Part shown: positions 1-7,872 of the stretch, piece after piece
Layout: each line of letters starts with the position of its first letter
Position numbering within the stretch: the stretch's first letter is position 1
NCBI GenBank assembly: GCA_018260615.1
Contig: JAGWDQ010000121.1
Coordinates: 1-25,795, forward strand
DNA length: 25,795 nt
Origin: Candidatus Altarchaeum sp.
GTDB lineage: Archaea; Altiarchaeota; Altiarchaeia; Altiarchaeales; Altiarchaeaceae
Direction: 5' to 3'
The notes under the pieces: generated by a model
What the model was told of the DNA's origin: nothing
What the model saw: only the letters and a program-made list of their open reading frames with translations
Database searches by the model: none
Made by a program: the position numbers and the translations under genes

Positions 1-1
1 T

Positions 2-2689
2 CTGAATAAAAACACAGGGGAACTGCTCTGGAAATTTAAAACCGGAAGTGGTGTGTATTCATCACCTGCAATTTCAGGAAATTTTGTTTATGTTGGTTCT
101 TATGATAATCATACTTATTGTCTGAATAAAAACACAGGGGAACTGATATGGAAATTTAAAACCGGAAGTTATGTGGATTCATCACCTGCAATTTCAGGAA
201 ATTTCGTTTATGTTGGTTCTTCGGATGGTTATGTTTATGCGTTTGGTGAAAAACTGAAAACCTGCCATCATGAATGTTGTGTTAATCTTGAAGGATATGA
301 AAATAAAACATGTTCAAGTGATGATTTTTCCTGCACAAATAACACATGCGTGAAAGTTAAAAATAAAGAAAACGGCGAGATGTGTTCCGGGAATTCAGAA
401 TGTGAAAGCGGTAATTGTTTTAAAGGAGTATGTAAACCATTAGGATACGAATGTGACGCAAATTCTCCTTGTTCTTCGGGAAAATATTGTTCAAATAGCA
501 AATGTATGAATTTAAAGGAAATCAGTTCATCATGTTCCGGGAATTCAGAATGTGAAAGCGGTAATTGTTTTAAAGGAGTATGTAAACCATTAGGATACGA
601 ATGTGACGCAAATTCTCCTTGTTCTTCGGGAAAATATTGTTCAAATAGCAAATGTATGAATTTAAAGGAAATCAGTTCATCATGTTCCGGGAATTCAGAA
701 TGTGAAAGCGGTAATTGTTTTAAAGGAGTATGTAAACCATTAGGATACGAATGTGACGCAAATTCTCCTTGTTCTTCGGGAAAATATTGTTCAAATAGCA
801 AATGTATGAATTTAAAGGAAATCAGTTCATCATGTTCCGGGAATTCAGAATGTGGAAGTAAAAATTGTCAGAATGGGGTGTGCAAGCAAGAGGGTATGAA
901 TTCACGTTCGTTTTTAATTGTTGTAGTAGTTATCATTATAGTGATTGGAATTTTGGTTTATTTGGTCGATTTTTTACCCAATTATCCTATGGTGGAAAAT
1001 TTTTACAATAAATTTATAGAAAATTTTAAAGTCGATTTTTTACCCAATTATCCTGTGGTGAAGAGAAAAAAGAAATCTGTTATTGAAAACTACCCGGAAA
1101 AAATAAAACAGCAAAAAGACGAACTAAAAAGAAAGCTGGATTTGCTGAACACAGATGGTTTTGAATCCGATGCAGAGCAGTTAAAAATAGGGCTTGATAG
1201 TATCAAAAATGAATACGAAATTAAGGAGGTTGAGAGAAAAATTGATGAGTTGAAAAGAAAAATTGATGAAAGAAAGAGAATTAAAGCAGAACAGGAAAAA
1301 CAATTAATACAACAAAAAGAAGAACTACACAAAAATCTGTATTTATTGAACGCAGAGGGTTTTGAGTCTGATACAAAACAGTTAAAAATAGGGCTTGATA
1401 GTATCAAAAATGAATACGAAATTAAGGAAGTTGAGAGAAAAATTGATGAGTTGAAAAGAAAAATTGATGAAAGAAAGAGAATTAAAGCAGAACAGGAAAA
1501 ACAATTAGAACAGGAAAAACTAAAGCAGCAACAAGAAAGAATAAAAGCGGATGAATCAGAAAAAGAAAAATCAAAAAAACAGGACTATGCACCATTTCCC
1601 AGAACATTTCCTGATGGATTGAACAAATACTATTCAAACGCAGAATTCATTGGCGAAGGCGGATTTGCATTCGTATTTAAAGCTATGAGCAATGAAGATA
1701 AACGACTTGTTGCGATAAAAATACCAAAAGAGATGAATGAAAAGATGGATGACCTATTTTTAAGAGAAATTAGAATATGGGGTGAATTAGATCACAAGAA
1801 CATAGTCAAACTCTACAAAGCAAAGACCTATCCCTGCCATTATCTTGAAATTGAATATGTTGGTGGTGGTTCTTTAGAGAACATAAAAAAGCCGATTAAC
1901 ACTGAAAAGGCATCAAAACTGATTAATGATTTACTTGAGGGCTTAAGCGAAGCACATTCAAAAAATATATATCATCTTGATTTAAAGCCGGATAATATAT
2001 TGCTAACTTCGGATGGAGAGCTAAAGATAACCGACTGGGGTTTAAGTAAGATTGCAAAACATCCAACATCAGCAGGAGTCATAGGTGCCGTACACACGCC
2101 AATGTATTCTGTACCCGAATTAATATCTCCAAAGCGTTTTGGAAAAACAGATAACAGAACTGATATATTCCAGATTGGAACTATATTTTATGAACTTGTT
2201 ACTGGTGTGCACCCATTTGACGGCGATAGTTTTGATGAGATAATGATGAATATTTTAGAAGAAACACCCAAAAAGCCATCTGAAATAAATTCGGATGCAA
2301 AAAAACTTGATGCTCTTATAATGAAATGTCTTGAAAAGAAAAAGGAAGACAGGTATCAGAATGTTTCTGAACTGCAAAAGAACTTGGCAGAATATTTGAA
2401 AATAGAATATAACAAATCATTGAGTGAAAGTAAATTGAAGGGGGACCTAAAAAGGTCGTGCTCTTACTGTGGAGAACTTTTAAAGGTCTATGCATCTCAA
2501 AATGATATAGAAAACGCATTAACATACGCAATTGACTTAAAAAATTATGCTGAAGGTGAATATAAGAAGGAGATGGAAAATATAATAGAACAACTCAAAT
2601 ACAAAATGAAAGAAGAAATGGCTATCGATGATAAATTGCTACAACAGATAAATATTATTGCCCATCAGATTAAGATGAGAAGAGGATAA
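2..2689 (+). CDS. Receptor-like Ser/Thr protein kinase, 5'-truncated by the window: PQQ-type propeller blades, Cys-rich repeats, TM helix, 2 helical modules, Hanks kinase, C-terminal helical domain
   Basis: The frame is open from base 2 (LNKNTGELLWKFKTGSGVYSSP), so the GTG at 53 is not the true start. TM FLIVVVVIIIVIGILVYLV at ~911-964. Kinase motifs GEGGFA, VAIK, HLDLKPDNILL, DWG, SVPE, DIFQIG. Confidence 0.93.
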   Translation: MNKNTGELLWKFKTGSGVYSSPAISGNFVYVGSYDNHTYCLNKNTGELIWKFKTGSYVDSSPAISGNFVYVGSSDGYVYAFGEKLKTCHHECCVNLEGYENKTCSSDDFSCTNNTCVKVKNKENGEMCSGNSECESGNCFKGVCKPLGYECDANSPCSSGKYCSNSKCMNLKEISSSCSGNSECESGNCFKGVCKPLGYECDANSPCSSGKYCSNSKCMNLKEISSSCSGNSECESGNCFKGVCKPLGYECDANSPCSSGKYCSNSKCMNLKEISSSCSGNSECGSKNCQNGVCKQEGMNSRSFLIVVVVIIIVIGILVYLVDFLPNYPMVENFYNKFIENFKVDFLPNYPVVKRKKKSVIENYPEKIKQQKDELKRKLDLLNTDGFESDAEQLKIGLDSIKNEYEIKEVERKIDELKRKIDERKRIKAEQEKQLIQQKEELHKNLYLLNAEGFESDTKQLKIGLDSIKNEYEIKEVERKIDELKRKIDERKRIKAEQEKQLEQEKLKQQQERIKADESEKEKSKKQDYAPFPRTFPDGLNKYYSNAEFIGEGGFAFVFKAMSNEDKRLVAIKIPKEMNEKMDDLFLREIRIWGELDHKNIVKLYKAKTYPCHYLEIEYVGGGSLENIKKPINTEKASKLINDLLEGLSEAHSKNIYHLDLKPDNILLTSDGELKITDWGLSKIAKHPTSAGVIGAVHTPMYSVPELISPKRFGKTDNRTDIFQIGTIFYELVTGVHPFDGDSFDEIMMNILEETPKKPSEINSDAKKLDALIMKCLEKKKEDRYQNVSELQKNLAEYLKIEYNKSLSESKLKGDLKRSCSYCGELLKVYASQNDIENALTYAIDLKNYAEGEYKKEMENIIEQLKYKMKEEMAIDDKLLQQINIIAHQIKMRRG
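383..854 (+). repeat. Perfect 150-bp tandem repeat (3.1 copies) encoding a 50-aa, 8-Cys module
   Basis: gaattcagaatgtg starts at 391, 541, 691 and 841, with identical intervening sequence (CSGNSECESGNCFKGVCKPLGYECDANSPCSSGKYCSNSKCMNLKEISSS). Confidence 0.95.
1112..1507 (+). repeat. 201-bp tandem duplication encoding a 67-aa cytoplasmic helical module
   Basis: caaaaaga(c/a)gaacta at 1112 and 1313, ttaaaaatagggcttgatag at 1181 and 1382. Protein QKxEL..LLNxxGFESD..QLKIGLDSIKNEYEIKEVERKIDELKRKIDERKRIKAEQEKQL occurs twice. Confidence 0.9.
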
Positions 2690-2737
2690 TTATTAAAAAA
2701 TTTAGAATTAAAATTGCTCAAATTTTAAAAATAAAAA

Positions 2738-3538
2738 ATGGAGAACAACATATATAATATAATTTACTCTGGCAAAACAGAAAAAGGAATGAAGGAAAAT
2801 AATGAAGATGATTATGTAACAATCTCTTACGAGCGTAATAATGAGAATAAAGATAAAATTTATTTACTTGCTGTTGCAGATGGTCTCGGGGGACACGCAT
2901 CGGGTGAGCTTGCGAGCAAAATTGCAATTATGGAACTGCGGGAAACAATAAAGAGAAATTTAGAAGTTATGGATGTGAAAAATACAATCACAACCGAAAT
3001 GCTTAAGGACTTGCTTTTAAGCGGATTTAAAAAAGCCAGCGACGAAATTTTATATCAGGCGAAAATTATGCCCGGAAAAAAAGGCATGTGCACAACGATG
3101 GTTGCAGCATTAGTAAAAGAAAACGGCGAATGTGTCATAGCAAATGTCGGAGACAGCAGAGCTTATCTGATTGGTGACAAATCTCAAATCTGGCATACAA
3201 AAGACCACAGTTATGTTCAGTTACTGGTCGACATAGGAGAAATAACCGAAGAGGAAGCGTTTTCGCATTCAATGAAAAACCTGGTTGAAAAAGTACTCGG
3301 ACTTGAAGAAAACATAAAACCGGATTTATATGAGAAGAAAATTGAAGATGAAATTTTACTGCTAAGTTCAGACGGACTGCATGATTTTATAAGAGATGGA
3401 GAAATTAAGGACATTGTTTTAAAACAGGGAATTTCAGCAGCTGATATGTTGATTGAAAAAGCACTTGAAAATGAAAGCTACGACAATATTACAGTTGTTC
3501 TGGCCGGGAAAAAACAGGAAAAAGAAAATAATATATAA
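2738..3538 (+). CDS. PP2C/PPM-family Ser/Thr protein phosphatase (PrpC/Stp-like)
   Basis: Motifs AVADGLGGHASGELAS, GMCTT, ANVGDSRAY, TKDHS, LLLSSDGLHD, DNITVV. Lies between two kinase genes. Confidence 0.95.
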   Translation: MENNIYNIIYSGKTEKGMKENNEDDYVTISYERNNENKDKIYLLAVADGLGGHASGELASKIAIMELRETIKRNLEVMDVKNTITTEMLKDLLLSGFKKASDEILYQAKIMPGKKGMCTTMVAALVKENGECVIANVGDSRAYLIGDKSQIWHTKDHSYVQLLVDIGEITEEEAFSHSMKNLVEKVLGLEENIKPDLYEKKIEDEILLLSSDGLHDFIRDGEIKDIVLKQGISAADMLIEKALENESYDNITVVLAGKKQEKENNI

Positions 3539-3581
3539 ATTTAAATAAAATTTAAAATAAAAACAATAAAATTAAAATAAA
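3534..3581 (+). promoter_or_regulatory. Putative TATA-box promoter/leader shared with the gene at 7873
   Basis: tataaattta starts 48 nt before the ATG here (3534) and 48 nt before the ATG at 7873 (7825). Both are followed by aaataaaaacaataaaattaaaataaaATG. Confidence 0.45.
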
Positions 3582-6500
3582 ATGGAGCAAAAAATAAACC
3601 GGACAGGGAAGAGTGAACCGAATACAAAAATATTAAAATTTATTTTTCTGATTAGTATTTGTCTTATCCTGCTCCTGCCAATATCGTTGGCAGAGGACTG
3701 GCCAATGTTCAGGCATGATTTGGAACATACAGGGGAAACATCCGATGTTATTCAAAATCCGGAAAATATGGAATTGTTTTGGAAATTTAAAACAGGCGAC
3801 TGGGTGCGTTCATCACCATCAGTTTCAGGAGATTTTGTTTATGTTGGTTCTCAGGATAATTATGTCTATTGCCTGAATAAAAACACAAGTGAAGTGGTGT
3901 GGAAATTTAAAACGGACAATTGGGTGCGTTCATCACCTGCAATTTCGGAAAATTTCGTTTATGTTAGTTCTGAGGATGGTTATGTTTATTGTCTGAATAA
4001 AAACACAGGAAGATTAGTGTGGAAATTTAAAACGGACAATTGGGTGCGTTCATCACCTGCAATTTCGGAAAATTTCGTTTATGTTAGTTCTGAGGATGGT
4101 TATGTTTATTGTCTGAATAAAAACACAGGAAGATTAGTGTGGAAATTTAAAACGGACAATTGGGTGCGTTCATCACCTGCAATTTCGGAAAATTTCGTTT
4201 ATATTAGTTCCTGGGATAATTATATTTATTGTCTGAATAAAGACACAGGAGAAGTGATATGGAAATTTAAAACGGAAATGGCAGCGCGTTCATCACCTGC
4301 AATTTCCCAGAATTTTCTTTATTTCGGTTCTGATGATAATTATACTTATTGTCTGAATAAAAACACAGCAGAAGTGATATGGAAATTTAAGACAGAAAAA
4401 CCTGTTGATTCATCACCTGCAATTTCAGGAAATTTTATTTATCTCGGTTCTGATGACGGTTATGTCTATTGTCTGAATAAAAACACAGGGGGACTGCTCT
4501 GGAAATTTAAAACAGGCGACTGGGTGCGTTCATCACCTGCAATTTCAGGAAATTTTGTTTATGTCGGTTCTGCGGATGGCCATCTTTATTGTCTGAATAA
4601 AAACACAGGGGAACTGGTATGGAAATTTAACACAGGCAATTGGGTGCGTTCATCACCTGCAATTTCAGGAAATTTTGTTTATGTCGGTTCCTGGAATAAT
4701 TATGTTTATTGTCTGAATAAAAACACAGGGGAAGAGATATGGAAATTTAAAACCGGAAATTTTGTGTATTCATCACCTGCAATTTCAGGAAATTTTGTTT
4801 ATGTTGGTTCTGATGATAGTTATGTTTATGCGTTTGTTGCTCTAAAGTCAGTTAATTCATCGTGTTCTGCAAATTCGGAATGTAAAAGCGGCAATTGCTT
4901 TAAAGAAATGTGTAAAACACCGGGATATGGATGCAATTCGGACTCCGATTGTTTTTTGGAAAGATACTGTTCAAATAACAAATGCGTGAATTTAAAGGAA
5001 AATGGTTCAGCATGTTCCAGTGATTCGGAATGTGAAACAAAAATTTGTTTTAAAGGGGTATGTAAGGAACAGAGATATGAATGCAATTCGGACTCTGATT
5101 GTTCTTCGGGAAAATACTGTTTAAATAACACCTGCGAGGATTCAAAGAAAGTTTGTTTGATATGTTTTGCAAATTCAGAATGTGAAAGTAGTAATTGTTT
5201 TAAAGGAAAATGCAGGGAACAGGGAGTTGTGTGTGATTTGGATTCTGATTGTTCTTCAGGAAAATATTGTTCAAATAACAAATGCTTTTATTTAAAGCAA
5301 ATTGGTTCAGCATGTTTCAGGAATTCAGAATGTGAAAGTGGTAATTGTTTTAAAGGAATATGCAGAGAACAGGGATATATTGATTCAGTTTGGTTTTTAA
5401 TTATCGGAGGAGTTATCTTTCTGGCAATTGGAATTAAATTAGTGACGAAAAGAAAAAAGTATTTGTTTAGCTGGGATGATGTTCCCGAAAACAATACAGA
5501 ACTCATAAAATTTTTAATGTCTGACTTAAAAATAGAGTGGGTAGAAAATGCAGAAATCAGAAAAAATGATAATAACGAAACAATAACTGTTACAAGTAAA
5601 ACAAATTCAGCAAATTCAGTTACTTTCAAACTTAACAAAACAGAAAAGAAGGTGAGTTTATTTATTGAAAGAAGAACATACGAATACATTTTAAAAGAAG
5701 AAAATGGTAAGCTAAACATATACATAAAAGAGAAATTTGGCATTGAAAACTACCATGAAAAAATAAATCTGCAAAAAGACGAACTAAAAAGAAAGATGGA
5801 TTTGCTGAACAGGGAAGGTTTTGAGTCCGATGCGGAACAGTTAAAAACAGAGATTGAAAATATTAGAAATGAAGATGAAATCGGGGAAATTGAAGAAAAA
5901 GTGAATGCATTGAAAATAAGAATAGATGAGGAAAAGAGAATTAAAACGGAACAGGAAGAACAATCAAGACAACAAAAACTAACGCAACAAAAAGAAGAAC
6001 TACACAAAAAGCTGTATTTATTAGACCCAAAAGATTTTGAATCTGATGTGGAACAATTGAGATTTAAGATTGACCACATTGGAAATGAAAAAGATGTTAA
6101 GGAAATTGAAGAAAAAGTGAATGCATTGAAAACAAGAATAGATGAGGAAAAGAGAATTAAAGCGGAACAGGAGGGAATAAATCAGCAACAAGAAAGAACA
6201 AAAACAGAGGAATCAGAAAAAGAAAAACCAAAGAAACAGTACTATGCATCATTTTCAAAAACATTTCCGGATGAATTAAACAAATACTATTCAAACCCCG
6301 AATTTATCGGCGAAGGTGGTTTTGCTTATGTATTTAAAGCCGTGAGCAATGAATATAAACGACTTGTTGCAATAAAAATCCCAAAAGAGATGAATGAAAA
6401 GACAGGTGAATTGTTTTTGAAAGAGATATCCATTTGGAATTTCTTAAATCACAGGAACATTATTAAACTTTACAAAGCAAACATTTATCCCTGCCCTTAT

Positions 6501-7343
6501 CTTGAAATTGAATATGTTAATGGGAACTCTTTAGAGAACATAAAAAAGCCGATTGGTCTTGAAAAGGCATCAAAACTGATTAATGATTTACTTGAGGGCT
6601 TAAAAGAAGCACACTCAAAGAACATATATCATCTGGATTTAAAGCCGGATAATATATTGTTAACCTTGAATGGAGAGCCAAAGATAACCGACTGGGGTTT
6701 GAGTAAAATAGCAAAACATTCCAAATATTCAGCTGTTACAGGACAGACCATAATGTATTCTGCTCCTGAATTGATTTCTCCCGAGGATTTTGGAAAGGCA
6801 GATTGCAGAACCGACATCTTTCAAATTGGAACGATATTTTATGAACTTGTTACGGGAAAGAACCCGTTTGACGGTGACACGCAGAGTCAGATAATAACGA
6901 ATATTTTAATGAAAACACCAAAAAAACCCTCTGAAATAAATCCCGATACAAAAGAACTTGAGGGTATTATAATGAAATGCATTGAAAAGAAAAAAGAAAA
7001 CAGGTATCAGAATGTTTCAGAACTACAAAAGGACTTAACAGAATATTTAAAAATAAAGTATAAAGAATCATTGAGGGAAAGTAAATCCACAGGAGATATA
7101 AAAAGATCGAGTATTTATTGCGAGGAACTTTTAACGGTCTTTGTATCCCAAAATAACACAGAAGAAGCATTAAAATATGCGATTGACTTTAAAAATTATG
7201 CCAAAGGCGAATTTAAGAACGATATTGACAATATAATAGAACAACTCAAATACCGAATGAACGAAAAGATGGATATTGGCGATGAATTACAAAAAAAGAT
7301 AAACATTGTAACTTATCAGATTAAAATGGGGAGAGAAAATTAA
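3582..7343 (+). CDS. Receptor-like Ser/Thr protein kinase: signal peptide, 9 PQQ-type blades, Cys-rich repeats, TM, ~89-aa inserted domain, 2 helical modules, Hanks kinase, C-terminal helical domain
   Basis: Signal peptide KILKFIFLISICLILLLPISLA-EDW. Nine SSP..G.FVY.GS.D..VYCLNKNTG blades. TM VWFLIIGGVIFLAIGIKLV. Kinase GEGGFA/VAIK/HLDLKPDN/DWG/SAPE. Confidence 0.95.
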   Translation: MEQKINRTGKSEPNTKILKFIFLISICLILLLPISLAEDWPMFRHDLEHTGETSDVIQNPENMELFWKFKTGDWVRSSPSVSGDFVYVGSQDNYVYCLNKNTSEVVWKFKTDNWVRSSPAISENFVYVSSEDGYVYCLNKNTGRLVWKFKTDNWVRSSPAISENFVYVSSEDGYVYCLNKNTGRLVWKFKTDNWVRSSPAISENFVYISSWDNYIYCLNKDTGEVIWKFKTEMAARSSPAISQNFLYFGSDDNYTYCLNKNTAEVIWKFKTEKPVDSSPAISGNFIYLGSDDGYVYCLNKNTGGLLWKFKTGDWVRSSPAISGNFVYVGSADGHLYCLNKNTGELVWKFNTGNWVRSSPAISGNFVYVGSWNNYVYCLNKNTGEEIWKFKTGNFVYSSPAISGNFVYVGSDDSYVYAFVALKSVNSSCSANSECKSGNCFKEMCKTPGYGCNSDSDCFLERYCSNNKCVNLKENGSACSSDSECETKICFKGVCKEQRYECNSDSDCSSGKYCLNNTCEDSKKVCLICFANSECESSNCFKGKCREQGVVCDLDSDCSSGKYCSNNKCFYLKQIGSACFRNSECESGNCFKGICREQGYIDSVWFLIIGGVIFLAIGIKLVTKRKKYLFSWDDVPENNTELIKFLMSDLKIEWVENAEIRKNDNNETITVTSKTNSANSVTFKLNKTEKKVSLFIERRTYEYILKEENGKLNIYIKEKFGIENYHEKINLQKDELKRKMDLLNREGFESDAEQLKTEIENIRNEDEIGEIEEKVNALKIRIDEEKRIKTEQEEQSRQQKLTQQKEELHKKLYLLDPKDFESDVEQLRFKIDHIGNEKDVKEIEEKVNALKTRIDEEKRIKAEQEGINQQQERTKTEESEKEKPKKQYYASFSKTFPDELNKYYSNPEFIGEGGFAYVFKAVSNEYKRLVAIKIPKEMNEKTGELFLKEISIWNFLNHRNIIKLYKANIYPCPYLEIEYVNGNSLENIKKPIGLEKASKLINDLLEGLKEAHSKNIYHLDLKPDNILLTLNGEPKITDWGLSKIAKHSKYSAVTGQTIMYSAPELISPEDFGKADCRTDIFQIGTIFYELVTGKNPFDGDTQSQIITNILMKTPKKPSEINPDTKELEGIIMKCIEKKKENRYQNVSELQKDLTEYLKIKYKESLRESKSTGDIKRSSIYCEELLTVFVSQNNTEEALKYAIDFKNYAKGEFKNDIDNIIEQLKYRMNEKMDIGDELQKKINIVTYQIKMGREN
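3897..4202 (+). repeat. Perfect 120-bp tandem repeat (~2.5 propeller blades)
   Basis: Lines 3901, 4021 and 4141 are identical, as are 3961 and 4081. First divergence is at 4203. Confidence 0.95.
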
Positions 7344-7388
7344 CATATATTAAAAGTAACTATTCAGAGGGTACAAAAATTTCACCTC

Positions 7389-7759
7389 ATTTCAAAGATT
7401 GCCTTTGAAATATACTGAAAACTACGAGTTTTCAATATTTTAAAATTTGAAATTTTAAAATGAGAGCGAAGCGAACTTACTATGTTCGGATATTTCAACT
7501 TAACCTCACTTCGTTCGGAGATTTCAACTTCGTGAAATCGTTGAAATACCTATAAAAATTTCAAAAAAATACAATTTTCAAACTTGTTTGAAATACTAAA
7601 ACCTATAGGGTTTTAATCTTTAAAATTTGTGAAATTTTAAAATACACGAACGATTTTAAATACGCAGAGTATTTTAAATACACGATTTTCAAAACCGCAG
7701 AGGTTTTAAAAAGACACGAACGAAGTGAGCGTAACGACAGTGAGCGTAAGTGAGCGTAA
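7389..7759. repeat. Non-coding cluster of ~10 short hairpins, inverted repeats and short direct repeats (REP/BIME-like element or structured RNA)
   Basis: Stems at 7389-7411, 7416-7434, 7437-7461, 7472-7488, 7491-7499/7540-7548, 7520-7539, 7576-7593, 7597-7615, 7619-7641, 7653-7679 and 7687-7711. 13-bp IR ctcacttcgttcg (7505-7517)/cgaacgaagtgag (7717-7729). gtgagcgtaa x3 (7725, 7740, 7750). Confidence 0.8.
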
Positions 7760-7780
7760 AAATCAAAAATTTACCCATAA

Positions 7781-7788
7781 TTTTTTTT
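7781..7788 (+). terminator. Possible archaeal oligo-T terminator
   Basis: T8 run just after the hairpin cluster and upstream of the putative promoter at 7825. T-runs this long are rare on this A-rich strand. Confidence 0.3.
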
Positions 7789-7824
7789 GATGACTGAATA
7801 TTTACTATTAAAAACAAAATAACC

Positions 7825-7872
7825 TATAAATTTAACTAAAATAAAAAATAAAAACAATAAAATTAAAATAAA
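7825..7872 (+). promoter_or_regulatory. Putative TATA-box promoter/leader (copy of 3534..3581)
   Basis: tataaattta 48 nt upstream of the ATG. The last ~27 nt before the ATG are identical to the leader of the 3582 gene. Confidence 0.45.

Noticed and set aside
965-1060. Short duplication VDFLPNYP (965 and 1031, 66 bp apart) after the TM
   Set aside because: Real, but a small local in-frame duplication with no evident functional signal.
7389-7759. CRISPR array, tRNA or rRNA
   Set aside because: No constant-length repeats with unique spacers, no cloverleaf or T-loop consensus, and no rRNA-like sequence.
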